Numbered from the stretch's first letter, positions 14,676 to 24,479 are shown. The stretch is 64,000 nucleotides of DNA from Candidatus Krumholzibacteriia bacterium (GCA_963836185.1 CAWIIQ010000001.1:160001-224000), one strand, 5' to 3'. The notes: generated by a model not told the origin, from the sequence alone. Made by a program: numbers and translations.

Positions 14676-15228
14676 ATGATCCCCGACAAGATCACAAAGG
14701 CCTTTAACGAGCAGATCATGCACGAGTATTTCTCGGCGTATCTCTATCTCTCGATGGCCGCATGGCTGGAGACCGAGGGCCTCGAGGGAATGGGGCGCTG
14801 GATGCGCGTGCAGGCCCTGGAAGAGATGACTCACGCGATGAAGTTCTTCGATCATATTCTCGAGAGAGGGGGCGAGCCGGAGCTGCTCGCCATCGAGAAA
14901 CCTCAGGCAAAGTGGGATTCGGCGCTCGACAGCGTTCGAGAACGCGCTCGCCCACGAGCAGTTCATCAGCGGCAAGATCAACGACCTGATGACCCTCTCG
15001 ATCGCAGAGAACGACCATGGCTCCAGGACGATGCTGCAGTATTTCGTCGATGAGCAGGTCGAGGAAGAGGACAACGCTTCGAAGAACGTCTACAACCTCC
15101 GGATGGTCGGCGACAAGGGGCAGGGGCTCCTGATGCTCGACCGTGAATTCGGTGCGCGGGTCTTCAAGCTTCCCGCTGACTCCGGTACTCGGTACAGGGG
15201 CGGAGTAACGGACCGGAATGAACGATGA
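14676..15228 (+). CDS. ftnA: Non-heme ferritin (frameshift near 14932)
   Basis: NEQIMHEYFSAYLYLSMAAW, EEMTHAMKF, LQYFVDEQVEEE. Confidence 0.9.
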
Positions 15229-15301
15229 TCCGGGATGACAGGGGGAGGCATGGACCTCCCCCGCGTCCCGGCAATACAAGTTTCAAGGAAGGAACCTGAC
15301 G

Positions 15302-16528
15302 ATGAAGGCATGCAGAGCTGTGCAGATTTCCGACAATGTCTACTGGGTCGGAGCGATCGACTGGGACATCAGGAACTTTCACGGCTATTCGACCGATCGC
15401 GGCACGACGTATAACGCTTACCTGATAATGGCCGAGAAGGTCACCCTCGTGGATGCCGTCAAGGCGAACTTCCGCGATGAGCTGCTTGCCAGGATCAGTT
15501 CGGTCATCGATCCGGAGAAGATCGACTATATCATCTCAAATCACGCCGAGATGGACCACTCGGGCTGCCTCCCTGACATCATCGACAGAGTCAAGCCGGA
15601 GAAGGTCTTTGCCTCCGTCAAGGGCGTCGAGGCTCTCGAGCAGCACTTCGGGCTGAAGGATATCACCGCCGTCGAGGACGAGGGGGAGATCGACCTCGGT
15701 AACATGAAGGTCACCTGCCTCGAGACGAGGCTCCTTCACTGGCCCGACAGCATGGTCTCATACCTTGCCGAAGACAAGATCCTCTTCTCCCAGGACGGCT
15801 TCGGGATGCATCTCGCCTCGAACGAACGTTTCGACGACGAGCTCGACGATTACGTTCTCTACTACGAGGCGGCGAAGTATTACGCCAACATCCTTCTTCT
15901 CTATTCCCACATAGCGGCGAAGATCATCAAGAGGCTCGAAGGCAGCGGACTCGATATACAGACGATCGCTCCCGACCACGGGCCGGTCTGGCGCTCGAAG
16001 ATCCCGTGGATCATGGATCTTTACAAGAAATGGTCGGCCAGGGAGCTGAAGAAGAAAGCGATCATAGTGTACGACTCGATGTGGGACAGCACCCGTATGA
16101 TGGCGCGCGCGATAGAGGACGGCCTGACCGAAGGCGGTGTGCATGTCAAGGTGCTCAGCGCGACCGGGACGAGCCGTGCCGAGGTCGTCACCGAGCTGAT
16201 CGATGCCGCCGCGCTGATAGTCGGCTCGCCTACTCTCAACAACCACATCTTCCCGACTGTCGCCGATATCCTCACATACATCAAGGGGCTCAAGCCGAAG
16301 GGAGTCGTCGGCGCGGCGTTCGGTTCGTACGGGTGGAGCGGAGAGTCCGTCCGCGTGCTCAATGCCTGGCTCGAGGATATGAAGGTCGAGCTGGTGGGGG
16401 AGGGAGTCAGGGTACAGTACGTCCCCAAGGCCGAGGACCTCGAGAGATGCAGGCAGCTGGGGATGGATATTGCGAAAAGGATCGAGGGCCTGCCCGATCC
16501 CCTGATCGTCACAAAGGTCTGCACCTGA
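15302..16528 (+). CDS. fprA: Flavodiiron protein (A-type flavoprotein, O2/NO reductase)
   Basis: GTTYNAYL, NHAEMDHSG, HWPDSM, APDHG, flavodoxin segment YDSMWDST and AFGSYGWSGE. Confidence 0.93.
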   Translation: MKACRAVQISDNVYWVGAIDWDIRNFHGYSTDRGTTYNAYLIMAEKVTLVDAVKANFRDELLARISSVIDPEKIDYIISNHAEMDHSGCLPDIIDRVKPEKVFASVKGVEALEQHFGLKDITAVEDEGEIDLGNMKVTCLETRLLHWPDSMVSYLAEDKILFSQDGFGMHLASNERFDDELDDYVLYYEAAKYYANILLLYSHIAAKIIKRLEGSGLDIQTIAPDHGPVWRSKIPWIMDLYKKWSARELKKKAIIVYDSMWDSTRMMARAIEDGLTEGGVHVKVLSATGTSRAEVVTELIDAAALIVGSPTLNNHIFPTVADILTYIKGLKPKGVVGAAFGSYGWSGESVRVLNAWLEDMKVELVGEGVRVQYVPKAEDLERCRQLGMDIAKRIEGLPDPLIVTKVCT

Positions 16529-16560
16529 CAGAGCGTCAGGATATTCTATAAAACATCAAT

Positions 16561-16597
16561 GGGCCCCGGTTTACATGACCGGGGCCCTGCTGTTTTT
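16561..16597 (+). terminator. Rho-independent terminator after fprA
   Basis: GGGCCCCGGT-TTACATG-ACCGGGGCCC followed by TGCTGTTTTT. Confidence 0.7.
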
Positions 16598-16602
16598 ACC
16601 CG

Positions 16603-16645
16603 TTGACAGAATGCAGTTTCATCGCTATATTGGTATATAAGTACC
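16603..16645 (+). promoter_or_regulatory. sigma70 promoter and possible Rrf2 operator
   Basis: TTGACA-17 nt-TATATT (16603-16631), followed by a short inverted repeat GGTA-TATAAG-TACC. Confidence 0.65.
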
Positions 16646-16669
16646 GCAATACTCAAATAAGGAGATGGC

Positions 16670-17119
16670 GTGTCAGGCTCACTGAGAATATCCGAAGCGG
16701 CCGCACTGGCTCTGCATACGATGGTCTACCTGGCGGGAGACCCGTCGACTCAATATTCGGCCGGGAATCTGTCGAGGGTGATCTGCGTATCGGAGGCTCA
16801 CCTGGCCAAGGTCCTCCAGAGACTGGCGAAAGAGGGGTTGCTCGTTTCGGTCAGGGGGCCGAAAGGCGGGTTCCGGCTCGCCCGGAAGACAGATGAAATA
16901 ACGCTGCTCGATGTATTCGAGGCGATCGACGGCCCATACGAACCTTCAGAATGCCTCATGCACGACCGGACATGCGGTCAGATGGGCTGCCTGTTCGGCG
17001 ATCTGCTCGGCAATATAAACAGGCAGGTCAGGGATTACCTGGGAGGCCGCAGCCTCGAGGACGTCAAGTGGGTCTATGATTCATCAGGCGACAGGAAGGA
17101 AAATTTCAATGAAGCGTAA
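16670..17119 (+). CDS. Rrf2-family transcriptional regulator (three Cys, likely Fe-S)
   Basis: HLAKVLQRL, SVRGPKGGFRLAR, ITLLDVFEAIDG, CLMHDRTCGQMGC. Confidence 0.92.
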   Translation: MSGSLRISEAAALALHTMVYLAGDPSTQYSAGNLSRVICVSEAHLAKVLQRLAKEGLLVSVRGPKGGFRLARKTDEITLLDVFEAIDGPYEPSECLMHDRTCGQMGCLFGDLLGNINRQVRDYLGGRSLEDVKWVYDSSGDRKENFNEA

Positions 17120-17981
17120 GATAATCACTATCGATGACGAGAAGTGCAACGGATGCGGAGCGTGTATTCCGGACTGCCCTGAGGGAGCGCTGCAGATGAT
17201 CGACGGCAAGGCGAGGCTGATCAGCGATCTCTTCTGCGACGGCCTCGGCGCCTGCATAGGAAGCTGCCCTGAGGGTGCTATAACGGTAGTGGAGAGGGAG
17301 GCCGAGCCTTACGACGAATCGAAGGTGATGGCCAATATCGTCAAACACGGCGTCAACACCATCAAGGCCCACCTCGCTCACCTGCAGGATCACGGTGAGG
17401 ATGAGTTGATGCGTGAGGCGATCGCCTATCTCGTGGAGAATGACATAGAGGTCCCCTCTGAATTCCTCGATTCGAAGTGCGCCTGCGATGAGATCGGTGA
17501 AGCGCCCGGCGGACAAGGCCCTTCCGGCGGTGGTTGTCCCGGTGCGAGACTGATGGATCTCGGCAAGCCCGCACCCCCACGCCCGGAGGAGACCCAGACA
17601 TCGGCAGGCCAGATGTCCTCACGGCTGAGCCAGTGGCCAGTTCAGATCATGCTGATTCCGCCGCATGCCCCATTTCTCAACGGTGCCGACCTGCTCTTCG
17701 CGGCTGACTGCGTACCGTTTGCCTACCCCGAGTTCCACGAGAAGCTTCTGAAGGGCCGGGTATGCCTGATAGGATGCCCCAAATTCGATGACGCGCAGCT
17801 TTATCTCGACAAGATCACAGAGATCTTCAAGCTCAACGATGTCAAGTCGATTATGATCGCCTACATGGAGGTCCCATGCTGCGGCGGTATGGTAAGGATA
17901 ATCGAGGAAGCGCTCAAGGCCTCCGGGAAGAATATCCCGCTGGCGAAGCAGAAGATCGGCATCAAGGGCGACGAGCTCTAG
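17109..17981 (+). CDS. 2x[4Fe-4S] ferredoxin-domain protein with conserved C-terminal Cys domain
   Basis: CNGCGACIPDCP, CDGLGACIGSCP, GCPG, LSQWPVQ, AADC, GCPKFDD, MEVPCCGG. Confidence 0.88.
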   Translation: MKRKIITIDDEKCNGCGACIPDCPEGALQMIDGKARLISDLFCDGLGACIGSCPEGAITVVEREAEPYDESKVMANIVKHGVNTIKAHLAHLQDHGEDELMREAIAYLVENDIEVPSEFLDSKCACDEIGEAPGGQGPSGGGCPGARLMDLGKPAPPRPEETQTSAGQMSSRLSQWPVQIMLIPPHAPFLNGADLLFAADCVPFAYPEFHEKLLKGRVCLIGCPKFDDAQLYLDKITEIFKLNDVKSIMIAYMEVPCCGGMVRIIEEALKASGKNIPLAKQKIGIKGDEL

Positions 17982-19084
17982 GCGGGATGCAGGTCGTCGA
18001 GCCAGGTCGCGTCCGGATCGAACTTTCTCTTGAAGAACTTTCCGTTGTTCTTCGGGTTGTGCGCCTGGTGGAACCTGAAGTAGATGTACTCCTCGTCCAC
18101 TCCGGATATGGCGATTTTCCCGTCCTTGTGTGACATGACGTAGCGGTACCTCTTGCTGTACCCGTCCATCATCGAACGGGCCTGCTCCACTATCCTGAAT
18201 CCCCGCACCAGGGGCACCTGGAAGATCTTCTTGACGCGCTTTACGGGCCTGCACTGGAAGACGTAATAGGGGATCACTCCCATCCCGGTGAGAGTCTGCT
18301 GCAGATCGGCCATGGTCCCGGGATCGTCGTTTACCCCCTTCATCAGCACCGTCTGGTTATTGGTCACGACGCCTGCCCGCTGAAGCGTGTTTATCGCCCG
18401 CCGCGCAGCCGGGGTGAGTTCTCTCGGATGATTGAACTGGGTGCTGACAAAGATCCTCTTCTTCTTTATCGATGTCTCCTTGAGCAGCTCGTACAGTTCC
18501 CTGTCCTCGGAGATGCGCCGCGGCATGGTCACCGGTACCTTGGTGCCGAGGCGGATGAAGTCGAGATGATCGATATCGGAGAGCTTTTCGATGAACTTCC
18601 TGACCATCCGGGTAGGCAGCGAAAGAGGATCCCCTCCGCTGAGGAGGACATTGTTGATCTCGGTATGTTTTTTGATGTATCTGACAGCGTCTGTGAACCT
18701 GTTGACAGTCTCATCCGTCGGCAGTCCGACGAGCCTCTTCCTGAAACAGTACCTGCAGAAGGTCGTGCATTTGTTCGTCGTAAGAATCAGCGCGGTCTTT
18801 GTGTACTTGTGCTGAAGGCCGGGCAGTTTCGTGTTCTGCTGCTCTCCGCTCTGGTCGTAGATCCCGGCGCGGTCGAGTTCGCCATCCGACGGAACCGTCA
18901 TCTTTCTGAGCGGATCATCCGGATTGTTCCAGTCGATCAGGGCGGCATAATATCTCGTTATGCTCATCGGATGCCTGTCGATCACCTTCCGGAGCTTTCT
19001 TTTCTCCAATCCAGTGATGTCTGTAAGTTCTGCCAGATCTTCGATAGTAGTGATATTATTTCTGAATTCTTCTTCCCATGCCAC
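17978..19084 (-). CDS. KamA-family radical SAM aminomutase-like protein
   Basis: GLQHKY, CTTFCRYCFRKR, LSGGDPL, TQFNHPRE, NQTVLMKGVND, PYYVFQCRP. GTG 19084 has a GGAGG RBS, so the ORF-track start at 19213 is probably too far upstream. Confidence 0.88.
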   Translation of the reverse strand: MAWEEEFRNNITTIEDLAELTDITGLEKRKLRKVIDRHPMSITRYYAALIDWNNPDDPLRKMTVPSDGELDRAGIYDQSGEQQNTKLPGLQHKYTKTALILTTNKCTTFCRYCFRKRLVGLPTDETVNRFTDAVRYIKKHTEINNVLLSGGDPLSLPTRMVRKFIEKLSDIDHLDFIRLGTKVPVTMPRRISEDRELYELLKETSIKKKRIFVSTQFNHPRELTPAARRAINTLQRAGVVTNNQTVLMKGVNDDPGTMADLQQTLTGMGVIPYYVFQCRPVKRVKKIFQVPLVRGFRIVEQARSMMDGYSKRYRYVMSHKDGKIAISGVDEEYIYFRFHQAHNPKNNGKFFKRKFDPDATWLDDLHPA

Positions 19085-19251
19085 GTCGCCCACCTCCCGT
19101 ATTGAAACGCGGTGCGTCTTCCAACGCATGAACTGGCCTGTCAAGGATATGCGGGTATAGGATACCGAAGCAAACCAGCGGGAATGAAGTGCGGGATTTT
19201 TCCACAACTTCACCTGAAAAATAGCAGATACGGGCCTTTATTACTATATTT

Positions 19252-19293
19252 AAAAAGAAAGGAGCCGCGCCCTTCACAGGACACGGCTCCTTC
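19252..19293 (-). terminator. Rho-independent terminator closing the Lon/sigma-like/anti-sigma operon
   Basis: Minus strand GAAGGAGCCGTGTCCT-GTGA-AGGGCGCGGCTCCTTTC followed by TTTTT. Confidence 0.8.
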
Positions 19294-19313
19294 AGCCCGG
19301 ATCTTCGCAGGAG

Positions 19314-19979
19314 TTACTGATTCGAAGATTCCGTCTTCACGCGTATCTTTGAGTCCTTTGAAATTGAGAAGCCCGCTAAATCCGTATCGAGCAGTCCATT
19401 CTGGCCGGTTATCAGAACTTTGCCGTCGACTACCACCTCGACGCCGCTGGTATTGATTCCCCTCTCTCCGACCAGGATATATGAGCGGTTACCATTGGCG
19501 ATGTTGGTAAATTCACTCAGGAAATAATTGCCGTCACCCGAGCAGAACCTGACGGGTTCTCTTTCAGGCCGCTCGGTAGCCGCTGCCAGCTGCGGCTCCT
19601 CTTCAAAAGGTCGTGTGTACGGCTCGTAGAACAGCTCGATCCCCTCCGACACGGATTCAGTAGTTTCAGAAGGAACCAACGATACATTATGCATGAGGAT
19701 ATCGAATCGTTCGTCGATATCTGCAGTTTCAACCGCCTGGCGATAGTAGCTGACGAATTCAATCAGCTCCTTTAGCGTTTCTCTGCACATCTCGCATGCC
19801 TCCAGATGGGATCTGAGATCCCCTTCACCGGGCTGAAACAGATCCGCCACAAGTGCCGCCGGATCTTTTCCCGGAGCGTCTTCTGCTCCGGCCCCTCCAA
19901 GTGCTCTAATGGCAAGTGCTTCCAACCTTCCCCCAGGGATACACCCTTCGGGCGTCGCATTTTTACACACTTGTCTCAC
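19314..19979 (-). CDS. Soluble zinc-finger anti-sigma-like protein
   Basis: N-terminal Cys plus HLEACEMC (HxxxCxxC, ZAS/zf-HC2), no TM helix, an acidic linker with QLAAATE, and a beta-rich C-terminal domain. Confidence 0.65.
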   Translation of the reverse strand: MRQVCKNATPEGCIPGGRLEALAIRALGGAGAEDAPGKDPAALVADLFQPGEGDLRSHLEACEMCRETLKELIEFVSYYRQAVETADIDERFDILMHNVSLVPSETTESVSEGIELFYEPYTRPFEEEPQLAAATERPEREPVRFCSGDGNYFLSEFTNIANGNRSYILVGERGINTSGVEVVVDGKVLITGQNGLLDTDLAGFSISKDSKIRVKTESSNQ

Positions 19980-19997
19980 CCCTTTACTGGAGACATT

Positions 19998-21083
19998 TCA
20001 TATATCTGCACGAATCTTTCTCAAAAAATTATCCCAGAGCACCTTCCAGAAGTTCTGGAAGCTCCCCATGTGCTTCTCTCTGTACAGTTCGGCGTCGCAT
20101 CCGGCGATGTGCCTGCCCAGAGCTTCATGGTGCTGGACCTTGCTGCCGTGGACTATGATCTCCTCGAGCATGTCCCATCCAGCCTTTTCGTAAGCGCCCC
20201 GGTATTCCGCCGAGCCGCCACTTCTCCAGCCATATGTCGCGGAGGTCTCGTCGAGGGCCTCTCTGGCCAGAAGGAGCATCTCCTTCTGAAGGTACTCCTG
20301 CATCGGGTCGATCTTCGTGGTCTCGATCCGGGGAGGGATGAAACGGGTGCTGATCAGCTCGAATACCGCGGTGCGAAGAGTCGAAATATGGATACAGCTG
20401 CCGTATATTTCGGTTCCCAGGAGCCAGTCGAATATCAGGCCTACCAGCCGTCCGGGTTTTTCTGATCCACGCAGGAGAGGCGCGCAGCCGGCGATGATCT
20501 CATCCGCCGAAGCCTGCCGCCCGGTGGATTTCCCCGGCGCTTCGAGGTCAGTTACGATATCGGCGTTTCGCCTGTATCTCGGGTCAGCCGTGATATGCCG
20601 GGCAACGGCCGAGAAGACATAGTGCAGCAGCTTCTTCTCGGTCTGGGATATCTCTTTGAGGGTATGGCTCAGATTGACCCCGGATATGCCCCTGAGGAAG
20701 AAAAAGAGGTCTCTCTTCTCGATCTTGTCGTCTCCGGAAAAGAATCGAAGGATGAGATTCGTGATTTCCAGGAAATTGTCCTCCCCCCTCGTCGAGTAGG
20801 GGATCTCTGCGGTGCTGTGCGCTATTTCATCGAATTCGTATGACACGGTGCTGAGAAAGAACCAGGAGGATCTCTTCGATTTCATCTCGAGCTCGGCGAC
20901 CGCCATCGCGAAGAGAGCGAGATAGATCATCTTGATGTCCCGGCGGACCGACAGTTCGGCCCCGTCGATCTCACCATCCATCAGCTCTGCGCCGGCCAGT
21001 GGCGAGAATACATCGCGGATATTCTCTGCCGCCTTGTACAGGCGTTCGAGATCGACGCCTTCAAGAATGTTTGAGTCGTTCAC
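19998..21083 (-). CDS. Hypothetical helical protein, possibly a divergent sigma-factor-like protein
   Basis: 361-aa ORF whose GTG start overlaps the upstream stop (GTGA), sitting directly before a ZAS protein. The resemblance to sigma region 2 is weak and by eye only. Confidence 0.55.
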   Translation of the reverse strand: MNDSNILEGVDLERLYKAAENIRDVFSPLAGAELMDGEIDGAELSVRRDIKMIYLALFAMAVAELEMKSKRSSWFFLSTVSYEFDEIAHSTAEIPYSTRGEDNFLEITNLILRFFSGDDKIEKRDLFFFLRGISGVNLSHTLKEISQTEKKLLHYVFSAVARHITADPRYRRNADIVTDLEAPGKSTGRQASADEIIAGCAPLLRGSEKPGRLVGLIFDWLLGTEIYGSCIHISTLRTAVFELISTRFIPPRIETTKIDPMQEYLQKEMLLLAREALDETSATYGWRSGGSAEYRGAYEKAGWDMLEEIIVHGSKVQHHEALGRHIAGCDAELYREKHMGSFQNFWKVLWDNFLRKIRADI

Positions 21084-23118
21084 TTGTTCTTTCCCGCAAG
21101 ATGTTTCAGGTACGACCTGTTGACCGTCGGTTCGGCCACCCAGTTTTCGCCGTTCCAGTAGCGAATGCCCTCGAGGAGAGCTTTTTCATCGTCTTTCTCT
21201 TCCGGAAAATCCAGATAGGTCAGGCTGTCGACGCGGCCGCTGCTGCTCCTGACCACCTTGACTATCTCCGCACCGGTAAAGGTCATGCCATCCTCGATCG
21301 TGAACAATACTTCTTCGGTCCTGCTCTTCACCCTGACACGGAGGCTGTCGTCATTTTTCATGATGCGGGTGTGCAGGGGCCAGACACGGGAGACATACCT
21401 CTCGAACCGGTGATAGGGCGGAAGCTTGACATAGTATTTCGCTATATCGGTCTCCATCCCGGTGAGGGCATAGCAAGCTCCGCGAGGCGACGATCCTTCG
21501 ACGTTGCCGGGATCGAGGACGACTATGACATTTGCGTTCAGCGCTATGTTGTATCCTGTCAGCAGCAGTTCTTCCCTTCCGTCACCATCGATGTCCCAGG
21601 CAGCCATCTCCTGCATGATCCCCTTGTGGAAGAATGCCTCGAAAGATCCGTCATCAAGCGAGAACCTGACCAGGGAAGCAGGCGGTTCTGTCTTGTGATG
21701 GGTTCCCACAAAGAGATGTCCCGGCCCGAATTCCTCGCTGAACGGAGATGTCGATTTTATCATCTGCAGACTGATCCTGTGCGCTGTTCTGTCCATGCCG
21801 GAATCTAATATGGACGCTTCGTCATAGACATGCCTTCGTAGCGAGTTGTCCGCGCCGGTCGAATACCAGGATGAACAGCTTGTTTCGATCAGGATCGCTG
21901 TCATCTGAGTGCCACGAGTCAGCCACGGCCGCCAGTATTTCCTCGCCATCATCCTCCAGAAAATCCCCGAAAGAGATGTGCATGTACGCGCTCGACTTCG
22001 ATATATCAAATCCAACGTCATATGAAGCGATCAGGATTCCTCTGGCGCTCCTCATGAGCAGCCTGGTTTTGTTGTGACTGACCTGTGTTATGGTGCTGTC
22101 TATTTTTATGCCGCTATGTTCAAGATAAGATCTGTTCATCGTGGGGTCCGGCGTCCATTCTTTTCCATCCCAGTACCGGACACCTTCCATGAGCTCATTT
22201 TCATCTGTTTTCTTTCTGGCGTATTCGAGACTGGTGATGCTGTCAGGCGCCTTCCCTGCGCGCATTGTATGGCTCATGACCACTTCGGCACCGCAGATCC
22301 TCATGTCGTCCGCGAAGGAATACTTGACGTCTTCAGCGCGGCTTTTTATCGAAAGGTTCAGAGTATCGGCATCGTCGAGGATCGATACCCCTAATGGATA
22401 CATGGGGCCTGTCAATCTCTCGAACAGGCGGAATTCGGGGAATCTTATATAGTACTTCGCGATGTCGGCATTCATATACGGGACGTTATAATTGTAGCCT
22501 CCTGGGGATGAACCTGCCATGTGTGCGGGGTCTAACACCGCTGCGATGGAGGCGTCGAGGGCTATGTTGAATCCGGCAAGAAAGATCTCTCTCTTCCCGT
22601 CTCCATCGAAATCACGGGCTGTCATTTCGGGGCAGTATCCCTTGTGAAAGAACGCCTCGAATCCGCCTCTGATGACATCGGCTTTTATAACGGCGGCAGG
22701 AGTGAAGGTCCCGTAGTGCGTGCATACGGCTACAATGCCCTTCCGCAGCTCATCAAGAAAAACGGCGTTCGAAGCGATCATCGTTATAGGCTTTTCATAC
22801 GCCCAGGGATCCATCTCTTTCCCCATGACCTCTTGCTGATCGTATGCATTGTGGTGCATCAATCGTCCTTCATCGTTGAAGACGAAGAAGTGCAGCCTGT
22901 CGAAATTTGATTTTTGACGGCGGAACTGGCGTGATTCCACTGCGATTGCCAGAATCTCTTCTCCCGGATGATCGTCCAGGTCGTGACGATAGATCCGGAC
23001 GTGCGGGCTCGCCGGGTAGATGTAAAACTCCGCCTCGTGGGTCGTCAACAGACGCGCGTACTTGTTGTGCATGATCAACTGGCCACCCTTGACCTCGACA
23101 GTATCTACTTTCCGGTCG
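21080..23118 (-). repeat. Intragenic tandem duplication of a ~335-aa extracytoplasmic domain
   Basis: Shared blocks in the two copies: GEEILA, FEAFFHKG, DGDGxxE, NIAL, VLDP, GSSP, DIAKYY, KSR, EG(V/I)RYW(D/N)GxxW, PT(M/V)NRSYL. Confidence 0.9.
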
Positions 23119-24371
23119 AGGTACGGTGGCAGGATAAATAGGACCAGCACGGCGAGCAGCAGGGGAACCAGGCTCGCTGCCAGATGCTTTCTCCACATGA
23201 ACAGCCTCTGAAGCAGCGGCTTGCCGATGGGCGTCCTGCGCCGGGCTGTCAGATCTGGATCGAGGAATATCCCGGCCACATCCGTAACGGGTACGAGATC
23301 GATCTTCCTCGCCGGGTACTCTCGGGAAAGGGCGGCAAGTTCCTTCTCTGCCGTATCGAGATTCCCGACAGGGAGGATCAGCTTCGAGAACCTCGAAAAG
23401 AAGGCGGCCCGCATCTTTTCGGCGATATGTGAATCTTCAACGGTCAGGATATTCCCGCCAGGGTCCACTTTGCCGGTAAAAGATGTGACATCGTCGAAAA
23501 TCAGTGTCTGCCTGTAGAGGTCGAGCCTGCTGAGGACGGATATGAGCAGGGCAGCGATGGCAAGACCCGCGGATCCCCCGGACAGCCTCTGGATCGCCGA
23601 AGCGGGGAAGGAGGCGATTTCGGGGAGAGATATCCTGTATTCCCTGGGCACTCTCAGGATACCTTTCATCCCCATCATGGAGGCTGCGTAATCCTCTCCG
23701 ACTTTTACGGCGGTACGGATCTGGCTCTCGAAGGTACTTTTAGGCTCGGCTGAGATGTTGTCGAAAGTGATTGCCGGATCGTATTTCCTCCGGACGCTCC
23801 ACTCACCGGTGATCCTGATCTCGACGCGTGCCTTTACGACACGGCCCGTACTGAAGGGTGTCTTTCCCGTGTTGTATGTCGATACGAGGGGGAGGCCGAC
23901 CGTACCCCAGGCGTTTTCCCTGAAGAAACCTCCAGTTCCGGTCTCGCTCCTGCCGTCAGTATCTGTATTCGGCCCGTTCGCGGGCCGGTTCCCGTCCAGG
24001 ACAGCCGAGATCGAATCGATCTCCGCCCGGATCCTCGATAATCCCTCTTCGACTCCGGCAGGGATATAGTCGCCTGTTGCCAGCGCGATGTCCCCGGTCA
24101 CCTCGTTAAGTGACAGCAGACCCTTGTATCCAAACGAGATATATGCCCCTGAGATGATCGTGTCCATGATGATGGGAGTGAAGCGGGCGAGCTGGGCGGC
24201 GTAGAAGGCCGGATTGGCGCTCTTGAGCTCCGCAAGCAGGATAGCGGCGGGCTCAGAGAGGGACAGGCCATCCTTCTTCCCCTTGAGTTTAAGGTAGAGG
24301 TGCTGAAGGAGGTCGTCGATTTCCCTGATCGACAGGTCGAAGTCGTTGGTCAATTGTGCCCCGCCTGGCAA
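21080..24371 (-). CDS. Membrane-anchored Lon-type (S16) Ser-Lys protease with duplicated extracytoplasmic FG-GAP-like domain (frameshift near 21842)
   Basis: LSGGSAGLAIAALLIS (Ser codon 23571-23573), FTGKVDPGGNI, IAEKMRAAF (Lys codon 23415-23417), LILPVGN and DLVPVTDV. One TM (LAASLVPLLLAVLVLFILP), then two similar domains with DFDGDGKREI/DIDGDGREEL. No AAA+ Walker motifs seen. Confidence 0.78.
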
Positions 24372-24479
24372 AGTCTCCCGCGGGTACCCCCTCCGCGGCG
24401 GCTCAAATATTTAAACCGGTTAATTCTAACCGATAACAGGCATCCAAATCAAGGAATTGAGAAAATCCGTCATTGATAC

